Origin: Haliotis rufescens
Lineage: Eukaryota
Direction: 5' to 3'
Length of the DNA stretch: 64,000 nt
Assembly: GCF_023055435.1 (NCBI RefSeq)
Contig: NW_025963879.1
Span: 16,678,001 to 16,742,000 of the forward strand
The notes beneath the pieces are model-generated. The model made no database searches. It saw only the letters and a program-made list of their open reading frames with translations, and was not told the origin of the DNA. Shown in pieces: positions 1 to 14,407 of this stretch. Numbering within the stretch: the first letter of the stretch is position 1; every line of letters begins with the position of its first letter. A program made the position numbers and the translations under genes.

Positions 1-354
1 TTTATATTAGTATAGTTCACGGTTCGATACTCGAGGTGGAACATTTAAGATCAAAAGTGAACAAAACACTCGGAAAAGAATCGCTATCATCCAGAAATTA
101 CATCATGACTGCAGGGTTACACTGGACTGAAATAAGTCATTGCGGAGTTGTGTCCCTTTTGTTTGGGTGCACTCTCCACTGAATACCAGAGCAAGCCTGT
201 GATCCGTCGTAAAAATATTATATCCGTGTCTTTTCTCATATTGTTTGTGTTATTGATTCAAAACAAATCCATAGCGTTCAAATATATGTCAGTAAGTTGT
301 TCACAGTCAACATTTGTCATCACATATTCACTGTTGAGTTTCTGGTTTAATATT

Positions 355-495
355 TGTTCTCTCTTGGTGTCTTTCAGAATGGATCTAACACTGGAAGAGA
401 CCTTCAACTTGCTTTCATTCTTATCTGTGGCCTTGGCCTTCACCAAATTGTCACCGGAAGCAGAGAAGTCTGTCTTCACATGTGAGATCTTGCTT
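355..495 (-). pseudogene. ~140-bp fragment of the last coding exon of the cluster gene, inserted into spacer DNA
   Basis: Translates to SKISHVKTDFSASGDNLVKAKATDKNESKLKVSSSVRSILKDTKREQ, nearly identical to ~6170-6308. The equivalent spacer at ~8318-8360 has a different ~45-bp sequence here. Confidence 0.9.
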
Positions 496-610
496 TGTCT
501 AGGTTGTAATAGACGTGACATTCATCTCGAGTTAACGTGCTGTCTGACATAAGATGATCCGTACTAAATATGCTGCTCGATTCTGTATAATAGGTTTGGA
601 GAAGTTCCCA

Positions 611-3600
611 ACTGGGGACACACTTATGTCAGACAGACTGGGGACACACTTATGGCAGACAGACTGGGGACACACTTATGTCAGACAGACTGGAATCACA
701 CATGTCGGACATACTGGGGACACACTTATGTCAGACAGACTGGGGTCACAGGTATGTCAGACAGACTGGGGGCACACTTAAGTCGGACAGACTGGGTACA
801 CACTTATGTCAGACAGACTGGGGTCACACTTAAGTCGGAAAGACTGGGTACAAACTTATGTCAGATAGACCGGGGACACACTTATGTTAAATAGACTGGA
901 ACACAATTATGTCAGATAGACCGGGGACACACTTATGTCGGACAGACTGGGTACACACTTATGTCAGACAGACTGGGGTCACACTTAAGTCGGACAGACT
1001 GGGGACACACGTATGTCAGACAGACTGGGGACACACTTAAGTCGGAAAGACTGGGTACAAACTTATGTCAGATAGACCGGGGACACACTTATGTTAAATA
1101 GACTGGAACACAATTATGTCAGATAGACCGGGGACACACTTACGTAAGATAGACCGGGGACACACTTATGTCAGATAGACCGGGGACACACATGTCGGAC
1201 AGACTGGGGACACACTTTTGTCAGATAGACCGGGGACACACTTATGTCAGATAGACCGGGGACACACTTATGTCAGATAGACCGGGGACACACATGTCGG
1301 ACAGACTGGGGACACACTTAAGTCGGACAGACTGGGGACACACTTATGTCAGATAGACCGGGAACACACTTATGTCAGACATACTGGGGACACACTTATG
1401 TCAGATAGACCGGGGACACACTTATGTCAGATAGACCGGGGACACACATGTCGGACAGACTTGGGACACACTTATGTCAGATAGACCGGGGACACACTTA
1501 TGTCGGACAGACTGGGGACACACTTATGTCAGATAGACTGGGGACACACTTATGTCACATAGACTGGAACACACTTAGGTCAGATAGACCGGGGACACAC
1601 TTAGGTCAGATAGACCGGGGACACACTTGTGTCACATAGACAGGAACACACTTATGTCAGATAGACCGGGAACACACTTATGTCAGATAGACCGGGGACA
1701 CACTTATGTCAGATAGACCGGGGACACACTTATGTCAGATAGACCGGAGACACATTTATGTCAGACAGACTGGAACACACTTATGTCAGATAGACCGGGG
1801 ACACATTTATGTCAGATAGACTGGAACACACTTATGTCAGATAGACTGGGGACACACTTATGTCAGATAGACCGGGGACACACTTATGTCAGATAGACCG
1901 GGGACACACATGTCGGACAGACTGGGGACACACTTAAGTCGGACAGACTGGGGACACACTTATGTCAGATAGACTGGGGCATATTTATGTCGGACAGACT
2001 CGGGACACACTTATGGCAGACAGCTGCGGGACACACTTATGTCAGACAGACTGGGGACACACTTATGTCAGACAGACTGGGGACACACTTATGTCAGACA
2101 GACTGGAATCACACATGTCGGACATACTGGGGACACACTTATGTCAGACAGACTGGGGTCACAGGTATGGCAGACAGACTGGGGACACACTTAAGTCGGA
2201 CAGACTGGTTACACACTTATGTCAGATAGACCGGGGACACACTTACGTCAGATAGACCGGGGACACACTTATGTCAGATAAACGGGGGACACACATGTCG
2301 GACAGACTGGGGACACACTTTTGTCAGACAGACTGGGGACACACTTATGTCAGATAGACCGGGGACACACTTATGTCAGATAGACCGGGGACACACATGT
2401 CGGACAGACTGGGGACACACTTATGTCAGATAGACTGGAACACACTTATGTCAGATAGACCGGGGACACACTTATGTCAGATAGACCGGGGACACACTTA
2501 TGTCAGACAGACTGGGGACACACTTATGTCAGATAGACCGGGAACACACTTATGTCAGATAGACCGGTGACACACTTATGTCAGATAGACCGGGGACACA
2601 CTTATGTCGGACAGACTGGGTACACACTTATGTCAGACAGACTGGGGTCACACTTAAGTCGGACAGACTGGGGACACGCTTATGTCAGATAGACCGGTGA
2701 CACACTTATGTCAGACAGACCGGGGACACACTTATGTCACATAGATTGGAACACACTTATGTCAGATAGACCGGGGACACACATGTCGGACAGACTGGGG
2801 ACCCACTTAAGTCGGACAGACTGGGGACACACTTATGTCAGATAGACTGGGGACACACTTATGTCAGACAGGCCGGGGACACACTTATGTCAGATAGACC
2901 GGGGACACACTTATGTCAGATAGACCGGGGACACACATGTCGGACAGACTGGGGACACACTTTAGTCGGACAGACTGGGGACACACTTATGTCAGATAGA
3001 CCGGGGACACACTTATGTCAGACAGACTGGAACACACTTATGTCAGATAGACCGGGGACACACTTATGTCAGATTGACCGGGGACGCACTTATGTCAGAT
3101 AGACCGGGGACACACTTATGTCAGATAGACCGGGGACACACATGTCGGACAGACTGGGGACACACTTAAGTCAGGCAGACTAGGGACACACTTATGTCAG
3201 ATAGACCGGGGACACACTTATGTCAGACATACTGGGGACACACTTATGTCAGATAGACCGGGGACACACTTATGTCAGATAGACCGGGGACACACACGTC
3301 GGACAGACTTCGGACACACTTAAGTCGGACAGACTGGGGACACACTTATGTCAGATAGACTGGGGACACACTTATGTCACATAGACTGGAACACACTTAG
3401 GTCAGATAGACCGGGGACACACTTAGGTCAGATAGACCGGGGACACACTTGTGTCACATAGACAGGAACACACTTATGTCAGATAGACCGGGAACACACT
3501 TATGTCAGTTAGACCGGGGACACACTTATGTCAGATAGACCGGGGACACACTTATGTCAGATAGACCGGGGACACACTTATGTCAGACAGACTGGAACAC

Positions 3601-4930
3601 ACTTATGTCAGATAGACTGGGGACACACTTATGTCAGATAGACCGGGGACACACTTATGTCAGATAAAACGGGGACACACATGTCGGACAGACTGGGGAC
3701 ACACTTAAGTCAGACAGACTGGGGACACACTTATGTCAGATAGACCGGGGACACACTTACGTCAGATAGACCGGGGACACACTTATGTCAGATAAACTGG
3801 GGACACACATGTCGGACAGACTGGGGACACACTTTTGTCAGACAGACTGGGGACACACTTATGTCAGATAGACCGGGGACACACTTATGTCAGATAGACC
3901 GGGGACACACATGTTGGACAGACTGGGGACACACTTATGTCAGATAGACTGGAACACACTTATGTCAGATAGACCGGGGACACACTTGTGTCACATAGAC
4001 AGGAACACACTTATGTCAGATAGACCGGGGACACACTTATGTCAGATAGACCGGTGACACACTTATGTCAGACAGACTGGGGACACACTTATGTCAGATA
4101 GACCGGGAACACACTTATGTCAGATAGACCGGGAACACACTTATGTCAGATAGACCGGGGACACACTTATGTCGGACAGACTGGGCACACACTTATGTCA
4201 GACAGACTGGGGTCACACTTAAGTCGGACAGACTGGGGACACACTTATGTCAGATAGACCGGGGACACACTTATGTCAGACAGACCGGGGACACACTTAT
4301 GTCACATAGACTGGAACACACTTATGTCAGATAGACCGGGGACACACATGTCGGACAGACTGGGGACACACTTAAGTCGGACAGACTGGGGACACACTTA
4401 TGTCAGACAGACTGGGGACACACTTATGTCAGACAGGCCGGGGACACACTTATGTCAGATAGACCGGGGACACACTTATGTCAGATAGACTGGGGACACA
4501 CTTATGTCAGACAGACTGGGGACACGCTTATGTCAGATAGACCGGGGACACACTTATGTCAGACAGGCCGGGGACACACTTATGTCAGATAGACCGGGGA
4601 CACACTTATGTCAGACAGACTGGGGTCACACTTAAGTCGGACAGACTGGGGACACGCTTATGTCAGATAGACCGGGGACACACTTATGTCAGACAGACCG
4701 GGGACACACTTATGTCACATAGACTGGAACACACTTATGTCAGATAGACCGGGGACACACATGTCGGACAGACTGGGGACACACTTAAGTCGGCCAGACT
4801 GGGGACACACTTATGTCAGATAGACTGGGGACACACTTATGTCAGATAGACTGGAACACACTTATGTCAGATAGACCGGGGACACACTTATGTCTGATAG
4901 ACTGGGGACACACTTATGTCAGACAGACTG
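611..4930 (+). repeat. 26-bp minisatellite array 1 (consensus GGGGACACACTTATGTCAGACAGACT), ~4.3 kb
   Basis: Direct tandem periodicity of 26 bp with 24/25-bp variants. This array is rich in the AGATAGACCGG variant. Degenerate monomers continue to ~5230. Confidence 0.98.
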
Positions 4931-5432
4931 TTGGGCGCATTTAATTTAGAGATACTGGCGGCACATTACGTCAGACAGAATTATAACACCCTGGTGTTTC
5001 TTGAGATATTTTTACATACGAGAGATAAATGAACAAAATACGTTTTTACGCTGCATTTGAACCGGTTTGCGAAGCGTAAATATTTCTGCAAAATGGTCAT
5101 ATAGAAAAACTGGGCTTTACGTCAGACAAACTGGGGGCACAATTACTATAGACAGGTGGGGGCACACTATATTTATACAGATTGGAGGCACAGTACAGTG
5201 GCACATTACGTCAGACAGAGTGGTGGCACACTCGCGTGTCTCGAGATAGAGCTGCACTGGACATATCCTTGTAAAATTACTCATATACGCTACATTTGCA
5301 AAAGAAATTTGGGGAACGAAATAATGTTTCCAACATTTCATGTCCCTCCACGAAATAAGGGGACCAGAGTTGTTTACCTTGTGTCAGGATGTATACTCAC
5401 TCATTGAACATGAAACGAATTGCGTCCTGAAG

Positions 5433-5598
5433 TGAGTGAGTGTGGTTTAACGCCGCTTTTAGCAATATTCCAGCAATATCACGGCGGGGGACACCAGAAA
5501 TGGGCTTCACACATTGTACCCATGTCGGGAATCGAACCCGGGTCTGTGACGCGGCGTGACGAGCGAACGCTTTAACCACTAGGCTACCCGACCGCCCC
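5433..5598 (-). mobile_element. tRNA-derived SINE (family A, tRNA-Asp-like head)
   Basis: A/B-box head (TAGCCTAGTGG...GGTTCGATTCCC) and (ACTC)n tail. Target-site duplication CGTCCTGAAG. The empty site is visible at ~12031. Confidence 0.9.
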
Positions 5599-6073
5599 CG
5601 TCCTGAAGCTAATTACTCGGTAAGAAGAAATAGGAATGACCTTTTAGCTTCAGTGTTCGATATTAACCAAAAGGTAAATATGAAAGTATTTGTTTTCTTC
5701 ATCAACTTTCACCTGTCGTGATCTACTCCCGCGAAGCGTGACATTGTGTGCACGGGAGAAGGCAAACCTGTGGTAGAAAGTGTGAGCATCGACCCACGAC
5801 TTTGGGGCATGACGGACATGCATCATCCTGGTCAGAGTTGAGAGGTAATCATTGACTTCCCACATAATTGATGAGGTTGTAAATACAAACACAAAGCAGT
5901 TTCTTCAGTAACGTGATATATTACCCAGATGTTAACAGAGAAACAATGACACATGCACAACATAATCAGCGATTATTTTACACACGGAATTACAAGAATG
6001 TGAAATCAATATGAATTAAAGAACCAACAATCGAACAGTTTATAAAGTTTGTTCCTTATGGCGAGGGTCGTAA

Positions 6074-7202
6074 TTACATTTCGCGACGGATCTTTCCAAC
6101 TGGCATTTCCTTTGTGAATCTAACAGAAAGGTTCCTGGAGGATCGGGTTGGTTTCTTTTCAGCATCCTGTTCTCTCTTGGTGTCTTTCAGAATGGATCTT
6201 ACACTGGAAGTGACCTTCAACTTGCTTTCATTCTTATCTGTGGCCTTGGCCTTCACCAAGTTGTCACCGGAAGCAGAGAAGTCTGTCTTCACATGTGAGA
6301 TCTTGCTTGGAACCTTGTCCTTTGACTTTCCTGTGTAAGGTCTTCGAGCCTTCCTTGGTTGAACTGGAGGACCGACGCTGGAGGAACTGGTCCGCTTATT
6401 GGCAGGAGTGTGACAGGTCAGAGAGGCAGTCTGGCGCTGGAGAGCTGCCAGCTCTTCCTCCAGCTTCTTCCTCTGCTCTGTCTCTGTCTGCTTCTCCTTC
6501 TCCCAGTCGCCCGCCAGTCCCGCTAGCGTCTGCTTCAGTTCCTGGACCTCAGCCTGCGCCATTGTGTAACTGAGACGATAGTTGAAATACTCCAACCTAT
6601 AGTCCTGTCTCTCCGACTCAACTTTCAGCCTTGAGGCGTTCTCCTCCCGGAGTTGTCGGGCCTGTCGCTCGTTCTCCTCTCTCAGCTTCTGGTTCTCATT
6701 GAAAAGGTGATCGAGAAGACTGAAAACAGATATGTCGATAGTTTAGAAGATATCATTTCTCAAAGTCATTTTATCTATAATATTTGAATGAGATGTACAT
6801 TTCTAATTTTTCCTTTTTGTATATTTTAGACGAACGTTCATGAATATTAAACGAGACTGTGCCTACCTTTCCTCCAAATCTCCGACTTGAGATTTCAGGT
6901 CCATGTACTGAACTGGAAACGAAACCAAAAACAAAAGTACAAACACCCGACTCGATTCCACTGTTATATAAAGACCAAAACATACTTGGAATGTAACTGT
7001 TATTGCTTCAAACAAACACATGAAGTGATGATGTCTTGCATTTAATTTGTTTTGTATTATAAAACTATGATTTCCTACCAAGTAATTCTTGATGCAGTTC
7101 TGGCGTTCTTGGACTTCGAGGGTTAGACTGACGCTCGTTCGCCTCGAGTATGGGGGAGAGTAGTTTCCTACTCTTCAGTCGTTCTTGTGGATACATCTTC
7201 AT
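6074..7202 (-). CDS. Cluster gene copy 1: 271-aa coiled-coil protein with LxxIxE, SILK and RVxF-type motifs; exons 7202-7079, 6912-6867, 6719-6074
   Basis: Canonical GT/AG sites; phases 1 and 2 join into one open frame MKMYPQERLKSRKLLSPILE...RSILK...RNLSVRFTKEMPVGKIRREM*. An upstream non-coding exon has its donor at 7554/7553. Exon sizes are the same in all five copies. Confidence 0.85.
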
Positions 7203-7706
7203 CTGTGGGACAAAACATAATCACATTTGAATTTAGGAATTTGAGTATTGACATTGCAGACTGAGATTTGATCCAAACAAAACTAGTTTATGGATGAAAC
7301 AATAACTAAAACATCAGACAAACAGGCAAAATGATTAAATCTAAACGTTCCAGCTGTGCCTCAAAATCTATCAGAAAAAGACAGAATCATTTGAGTTCCG
7401 TAATTACATTGGAGACTGAGTGTCAATTAATACAAAGGTAATTTACTGATAAAGAATTTCAGAGCCGTGAAATATAAATGTGAACGAGGGTTAGCAAACA
7501 AACGCTATCAGTAAAAGTAAACCAACTGTAGGAGTTAAACTGGCATGACTTACCTAATACTGAGATGAGGTGTAGACTTGTGCAAAGTAGACACAGACCA
7601 GCAACAAATGTGAAGTTTTGCAACAGCAACAGATGTACGTCTAAACACCACCAAGTTGTGTCGGCAACTGAGTGGGAACCATCAACGTCGTCATGGAACC
7701 ATTCTG

Positions 7707-7741
7707 TGACGTCATTTCCACTGTTTCTGTCTATGACGTCA
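7707..7741. promoter_or_regulatory. Pair of perfect CRE palindromes (TGACGTCA x2) upstream of copy 1
   Basis: TGACGTCA at 7707-7714 and 7734-7741, ~150-190 bp upstream of the first donor. Retained in all five copies. Confidence 0.6.
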
Positions 7742-8472
7742 CTGACAGTATTCGCCATGCACGGTACAGCTTTATGTTAGCTGGGCTCCGTCTCTTCACG
7801 ACACATAAACATGCGAGTGTTGAAGACGCACAGAGAGTCAGGAACCAAATTAATTTATTCTCCTGTCAAAGCAGTCAAAGACGTCAGGATGCATCTTTAA
7901 TTCCATGATTTCTTTGAATTTAGAAAACCCAGTGCTCCATTCACATCTAACACGCGTCCATATTTTATGTTAGTATAGTTCACGGTTCGATACTCGAGGT
8001 GGAATATTTAAGATCAAAAGTGAACAAAACACTCGGAAAAGAATCGCTATCATCCAGAAATTACATCATGACTGCAGGGTTACACTGGACTGAAATAAGT
8101 CATTGCGGAGTTGTGTCCCTTTTGTTTGGGTGCACTCTCCACTGAATACCAGAGCAAGCCTGTGATCCGTCGTAAAAATATTATATCCGTGTCTTTTCTC
8201 ATATTGTTTGTGTTATTGATTCAAAACAAATCCATAGCGTTCAAATATATGTCAGTAAGTTGTTCACAGTCAACATTTGTCATCAAATATTCACTGTTGA
8301 GTTTCTAGTTTAATATTTGACAGGATCCTCTTCTAGTGCGTTAGCGTTTTAACTAACACTCTAGGTTGTAATAAACGTGACATCCATCTCGAGTTAACGT
8401 GCTGTCTGACATAGGATGATCCGTACTAAATATGCTGCTCGATTCTGTAGAATAGATTTGAGGAAATTCCCA

Positions 8473-11220
8473 ACTTGGGACACACTCATGTCAGACAGAC
8501 TGGGGACACACTTGTGTCAGACAGACTGGAGACACACTTATGACAGACAGGCTGGGGACACACTTATGGCAGACAGACTGGGGACACACTTAAGTCAGAC
8601 AGACTGGGGACACACTTATGTCAGACAGACTGGGGACACACTTGTGTCAGACAGACTGGAGACACACTTAAGTCAGACAGACTGGGGACACACTTATGTC
8701 AGACAGACTGGGGACACACTTAAGTCGGACAGACTGGGGACACACTTATGTCAGACAGACTGAAGACATACTTATGTCAGACAGACTGGGGACACACTTA
8801 TGTCGGACAGACTGGGGACACCCTTATGTCAGACAGACTGGGGACACCCTTATATCAGACAGACTGGGGACACCCTTATGTCAGACAAAGTTGGGACACA
8901 CTTATGTCAGACAGACTGGAGACACACTTATGTCAGACTGACTGGAGACACACTTATGTCAGACAGACTGGGGACACACTTATTTCGGACAGACCGGGGA
9001 CACACTTATGTCAGACAGACTGGAGACACACATGTCGGACAGACTTGGGGCACACTTATGTCAGACAGGCTGGAGACACACTTATGTCAGACAGACTGGA
9101 GACACACTTATGTCAGACAGACTGGGGACACTTATGTCAGACAAACTGGGGACACACATGTCGGACAGACTGGGGACACTTATGTCAGACAGACTAGGGA
9201 CACACTTAAGTCGGACAGACTGGGGACACACTTATGTCAGACAGACTGAAGACATACTTATGTCAGACAGGCTGGGGACACACTTATGTCGGACAGACTG
9301 GGGACACCCTTATGTCAGACAGACTGGGGACACCCTTATGTCAGACAGACTGGGGACACCCTTATGTCAGACAAAGTGGGGACACACTTATGTCAGACAG
9401 ACTGGGGACACCCTTATGTCAGACAGACTGGGGACACCCTTATGTCAGACAGACTGGGGACACCCTTATATCAGACAGACTGGGGACACTTATGTCAGAC
9501 AAACTGGGGACACACATGTCGGACAGACTGGGGACACTAATGTCAGACAGACTGTGGACACACTTAAGTAGGACAGACTGGAGATACACTTATGTCGGAC
9601 AGGCTGGAGACACACTTATATCAGACAGGTTGGAGACACACTTATGTCGGACAGACTGGAGACACACTTATGTCAGACAGACTGGAGACACACTTATGTC
9701 AGACAGACTGGGGACACACTTATGTCGGACAGACCGGGGACACACTTATGTCAGACAGACTGGAGACACACATGTCGGACAGACTTGGGGCACACTTATG
9801 TCAGACAGGCTGGAGACACACTTATGTCAGACAGACTGGAGACACACTTATGTCAGACAGACTGGGGACACCCTTATGTCAGACAGACTGGGGACACCCT
9901 TATGTCAGACAGACTGGGGACACAATTAAGTCGGACAGACTGCGGACACACGTTTGTCAGACAGACTGGAGACACACTTATGATAGACAGACTGGGGACA
10001 CTTATGTCAGACAAACTGGGGACACACATGTCGGACAGGCTGGAGACACACTTATGTCAGACAGACTGGAGACACACTTATGTCAGACAGACTGGGGACA
10101 CTTATGTCAGACAAACTGGGGACACACATGTCGGACAGACTGGGGACACTTATGTCAGACACACTAGGGACACACTTAAGTCGGACAGACTGGGGACACA
10201 CTTATGTCAGACAGACTGAAGACATACTTATGTCAGACAGGCTGGGGACACACTTATGTCGGACAGACTGGGGACACCCTTATGTCAGACAGACTGGGGA
10301 CACCCTTATGTCAGACAGACTGGGGACACCCTTATGTCAGACAAAGTGGGGACACACTTATGTCAGACAGACTGGGGACACCCTTATGTCAGACAGACTG
10401 GGGACACCCTTATGTCAGACAGACTGGGGACACCCCTATGTCAGACAGACTGGGGACACAATTAAGTCGGACAGACTGCGGACACGCGTTTGTCAGACAG
10501 ACTGGAGACACACTTATGTCAGACAGACTGGGGACACTTATGTCAGACAAACTGGGGACACACAAGTCGGACAGACTGGGGACACTAATGTCAGACAGAC
10601 TGTGGACACACTTAAGTAGGACAGACTGGAGATACACTTATGTCGGACAGGCTGGAGACACACTTATGTCAGACAGGCTGGAGACACACTTATGTCGGAC
10701 AGACTGGAGACACACTTATGTCAGACAGACTGGAGACACACTTATGTCAGACAGACCGGGGACACACTTATGTCGGACAGACCGGGGACACACTTATGTC
10801 AGACAGACTGGAGACACACATGTCGGACAGACTTGGGGCACACTTATGTCAGACAGGCTGGAGACACACTTATGTCAGACAGACTGGAGACACACTTATG
10901 TCAGACAGACTGGGGACACCCTTATGTCAGACAGACTGGGGACACAATTAAGTCGGACAGACTGCGGACACACGTTTGTCAGACAGACTGGAGACACACT
11001 TATGTCAGACAGACTGGGGACACTTATGTCAGACAAACTGGGGACACACATGTCGGACAGACTGGGGACACCCTTATGTCAGACAGACTGGGGACACACT
11101 TAAGTCAGACAGACTGGGGACACACTTATGTCAGACAAACTGGGGACACCCTTATGTCGGACAGGCTGGGTACACAGTTATGGCAGACAGACTGGGGACA
11201 CACTTATGTCGGACAGATTG
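8473..11220 (+). repeat. 26-bp minisatellite array 2, ~2.75 kb
   Basis: Same consensus as array 1 but with its own variants (GGAGACAC, CACCCTTA) and internal higher-order block duplications. Confidence 0.98.
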
Positions 11221-12501
11221 TCGGGCGCATTTAATTTAGAGATACTGGCGGCACATTACGTCAGACAGAATTATAACACCCTGGTGTTTCTTGAGATAGT
11301 TTTACATACGACAGATAACTGAACAAAATACGTTTTTACGCTGCATTTGAACCGATTTGCGAAGCGTAAATATTTCTGCAAAATGGTCATATAGAAAAAC
11401 TGGACTTTACGTCAGACACAGTGGGGGCACAATTACTATAGACAGGTGGGGGCACACTATATTTATACAGATTGGAGGCACAGTACAGTGGCACATTGCA
11501 TCAGACAGAGTGGTGGCACACTCGCGTGTCTTGAGATATAGCTGCACTGGACATATCCTTGTAAAATTAAGTTTATCCGCTACATTAGATATATGTAACG
11601 TAGATATGCATGCCATATGCGCATGTATGAAAACTGGTTAACAAACATCGGTCACAAAGGCGGGTGAAGGTTCAAAGGGTCAATGACGGACTCGGTATTC
11701 TTCACTCCATTCACCCATGTCAGTAACTAAATGGGGACTTATTAATTCACTTCAAAATGATTTCATGACCATTTATATAGTTATTACGACACAGTGTATA
11801 ATATCTCATATCTTATTTTCTACTTATGTAGAAAACAACCTGGTTCCATGTTTCCGCCGAACAAATGTTAATCCGAGGGAATGTCAGGCTATTTTGAAGG
11901 AAAAGAAAGAAGAAATTTGGGGAACGAAATCATGTTTCCAACATTTCATGTCCCTCCACGAAATAAGGGGAACAGAGTTGTCTACCTTGTGTCAGGGTGT
12001 ATACTCACTCATTAAACATGTAACGAATTGCGTCCTGAAGCTAAGTACTCGGTGAAAAGAAATGTAAATGACCTTTTAGCTTCAGTGTTCGATATAAACA
12101 TAAAGGTAAATATGAAAGTATTTGTTTTCTTCATCAACTTTCATCTATCGTGATCTATTCCCGCGAAGCGTGACAGTGTGTGCACGGGAGCAGGCAAACC
12201 AGTGGTAGAAAGTGTGAGCATCGACCCACGACTTTGGGGCATGACGGACATGCATCATCCTGGTCAGAGTTGAGAGGTGATCATTGACTTCCCACATAAT
12301 TGATGAGGTTGTAAATACAAACACAAAGCAGTTTCTTCAGTAACGAGATATATTACTCAGATGTTAACAGAGAAACACTGTCACATGCACAACATAATGA
12401 GCGATTATTTTACACACGAAATTGAATGTGAAATAATTATGAATTAAAGAACCAACAATTAAACAGTTCATAAAGTTTGTTCCTTGTGGCGAGGGTTGTA
12501 A

Positions 12502-13802
12502 TTACATTTCGCGACGGATGTTTCCAATTGGCATTTCCTTTGTGAATCTCACAGAAAGGTTCCTGGATGATCTGGTTGGCTTCCTTTCAGCACCCTGTCC
12601 TCTCTTGGTGTCTTTCAGAATGGATCTAACACTGGAAGAGACCTTCAACTTGGTTTCATTCTTATCTGTGGCCTTGGCCTTCACCAAGTCGTCACCGGAA
12701 GCAGAGAAGTCTGTCTTGACATGTGAGATCCGGCTTGGAACCTTGTCCTTTGACTTTCCTGTGTAAGGTCTTCGAGCCTTCCTTGGTTGAACTGGAGGAC
12801 TGACGCTGGAGGAACTGGTCCGCTTATTGGCAGGAGTGTGACAGGTCAGAGGGGCAGTCTGGCGCTGGAGAGCTGCCAGCTCTTCCTCCAGCTTCTTCCT
12901 CTGCTCCATCTCTGTCTGCTTCTCCTTCTCCCAGTCGCCCGCCAGCCCCGCTAGCGTCTGCTTCAGTTCCTGGAGCTCAGCCTGCGCCATTGTGTAACTG
13001 AGACGATAGTTGAAATACTCCAACCTATAGTCCTGTCTCTCCGACTCAGCGTTAAGCCTTAAGGCGTTCTCCTCCCGCAGTTGTCGGGTCTGTCGCTCGT
13101 TCTCCTCTCTCAGCTTCTGGTTCTCATTGAAAAGGTGATCGAGAAGACTGAAAAAGACATGTCGATAGTTTAGAAGATTTCGTTTCTCAAAGTCATTTTG
13201 TGAATAATATTTAAATGAGATGTACATTTCTTATTTTTCTATTTTGTATTTTGTACGCCAACATAAGACACATTGCACCTGCATGGCAGTGTGCATCAGG
13301 GATGGGCATCACGTGGTCTACAATCTAACGGTAAATCGTGCTACGATTAGTCTCATGACTGACAGAGAAGAAGATTGTGTCGGTTCTGGATTAAATTAAA
13401 ATGGTCGTTTCTATGACCTGTCACATCGAAAGAACGTTCATGAACATCAAACGAAACAGTGCCTACCTTTCCTCCAAATCTCCGACTTGAGATTTCCAGT
13501 CCATGTACTGAACTGGAAACGAAAACAAAAATAAAAGTACAAACACCTGACTCGATTCCACTGTTATATATAGACCAAAACATATTTGGAATGTAACTGT
13601 AATTGCTTCAAACAAACACATCAAGTGATGATGTCTTGCATTTAATTTGTTTTGTATTATAAAACTATGATTTCCTACCAAGTAAATCTTGATGCAGTTC
13701 TGGCGTTCTTGGACTACGAGGGTTAGACTGACGCTCGTTCGCCTCGAGTATGGGGGAGAGTAGTTTCCTACTCTTCAGTCGTTCTTGTGGATACATCTTC
13801 AT
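12502..13802 (-). CDS. Cluster gene copy 2 (271 aa); exons 13802-13679, 13512-13467, 13147-12502
   Basis: Intact splice sites and frame; 124+46+646 nt. Upstream exon donor at 14155/14154. Confidence 0.85.
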
Positions 13803-14307
13803 CTGTGGGACAAAACATAAATTACTTTTGAATTTAGGAATTTGAGTTTTTACATTGCAGACTGAGATTTGATCCAAACAGAATCAGTTTGTGGATAAAA
13901 CAATAACTAAAACATCAGACAAATAGGAAAAATGATTAAATCTAAACGTTCCAGCTGTGCCTCAAAATCTATCAGAAAAAGACAGAATCATTTGAGTTCC
14001 GTAATTACATTGGAGACTGAGTGTCAATTAATACAAAGGTAATTTACTGATAAAGAATTTCAGAGCCGTGAAATATAAATGTGAACGAGGGTTAGCAAAC
14101 AAAGGCTCTCAGTAAAAGTAAACCAACTGTAGGAGTTAAACTGGCATGGCTTACCTAATACTGAGATGAGGTGTAGACTTGTGCAAAGTAGACACAGACC
14201 AGCAACAAATGTGAAGTTTTGCAGCAGCAACAGATGTACGTCTGAACACCACCAAGTTGTGTCGGCGACTGAGTGGGAACCATCAACGTCGTCATGGAAC
14301 CATTCTG

Positions 14308-14342
14308 TGACGTCATTTCCACTGTTTCTGTCTATGACGTCA
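14308..14342. promoter_or_regulatory. CRE pair upstream of copy 2
   Basis: TGACGTCA at 14308-14315 and 14335-14342. Confidence 0.6.
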
Positions 14343-14407
14343 CTGACAGTGTTCACCATGCTCGGTACAGCTTTATGTTAGCTGCGCTCAGTCTCTTCAC
14401 GACACAA

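Noticed and set aside
148-552. MCPFCLG... ORF and the antisense ORFs over the last exon
   Set aside because: Non-ATG start, lengths differ among paralogous spacers, and the extension here comes only from the inserted exon fragment.
611-11220. 26-bp arrays as a CRISPR array
   Set aside because: The units are contiguous with no unique spacers, there are no cas genes, and the context is eukaryotic with spliced genes.
8416-11322. Long MSDRLGTHLCQTDWGHTYVRQTGDTL-type ORFs (also over arrays 1, 3 and 4)
   Set aside because: They are open in all three frames because the 26-bp unit lacks stops; frames shift arbitrarily and there is no splice or codon evidence.
13148-13227. N-terminus MYISFKYY... of the 241-aa single-exon ORFs (also 17405-17484)
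   Set aside because: This is intron read-through: it is frameshifted in copies 1, 4 and 5, whereas the TTTCAG acceptor and the upstream exons are conserved in all copies.
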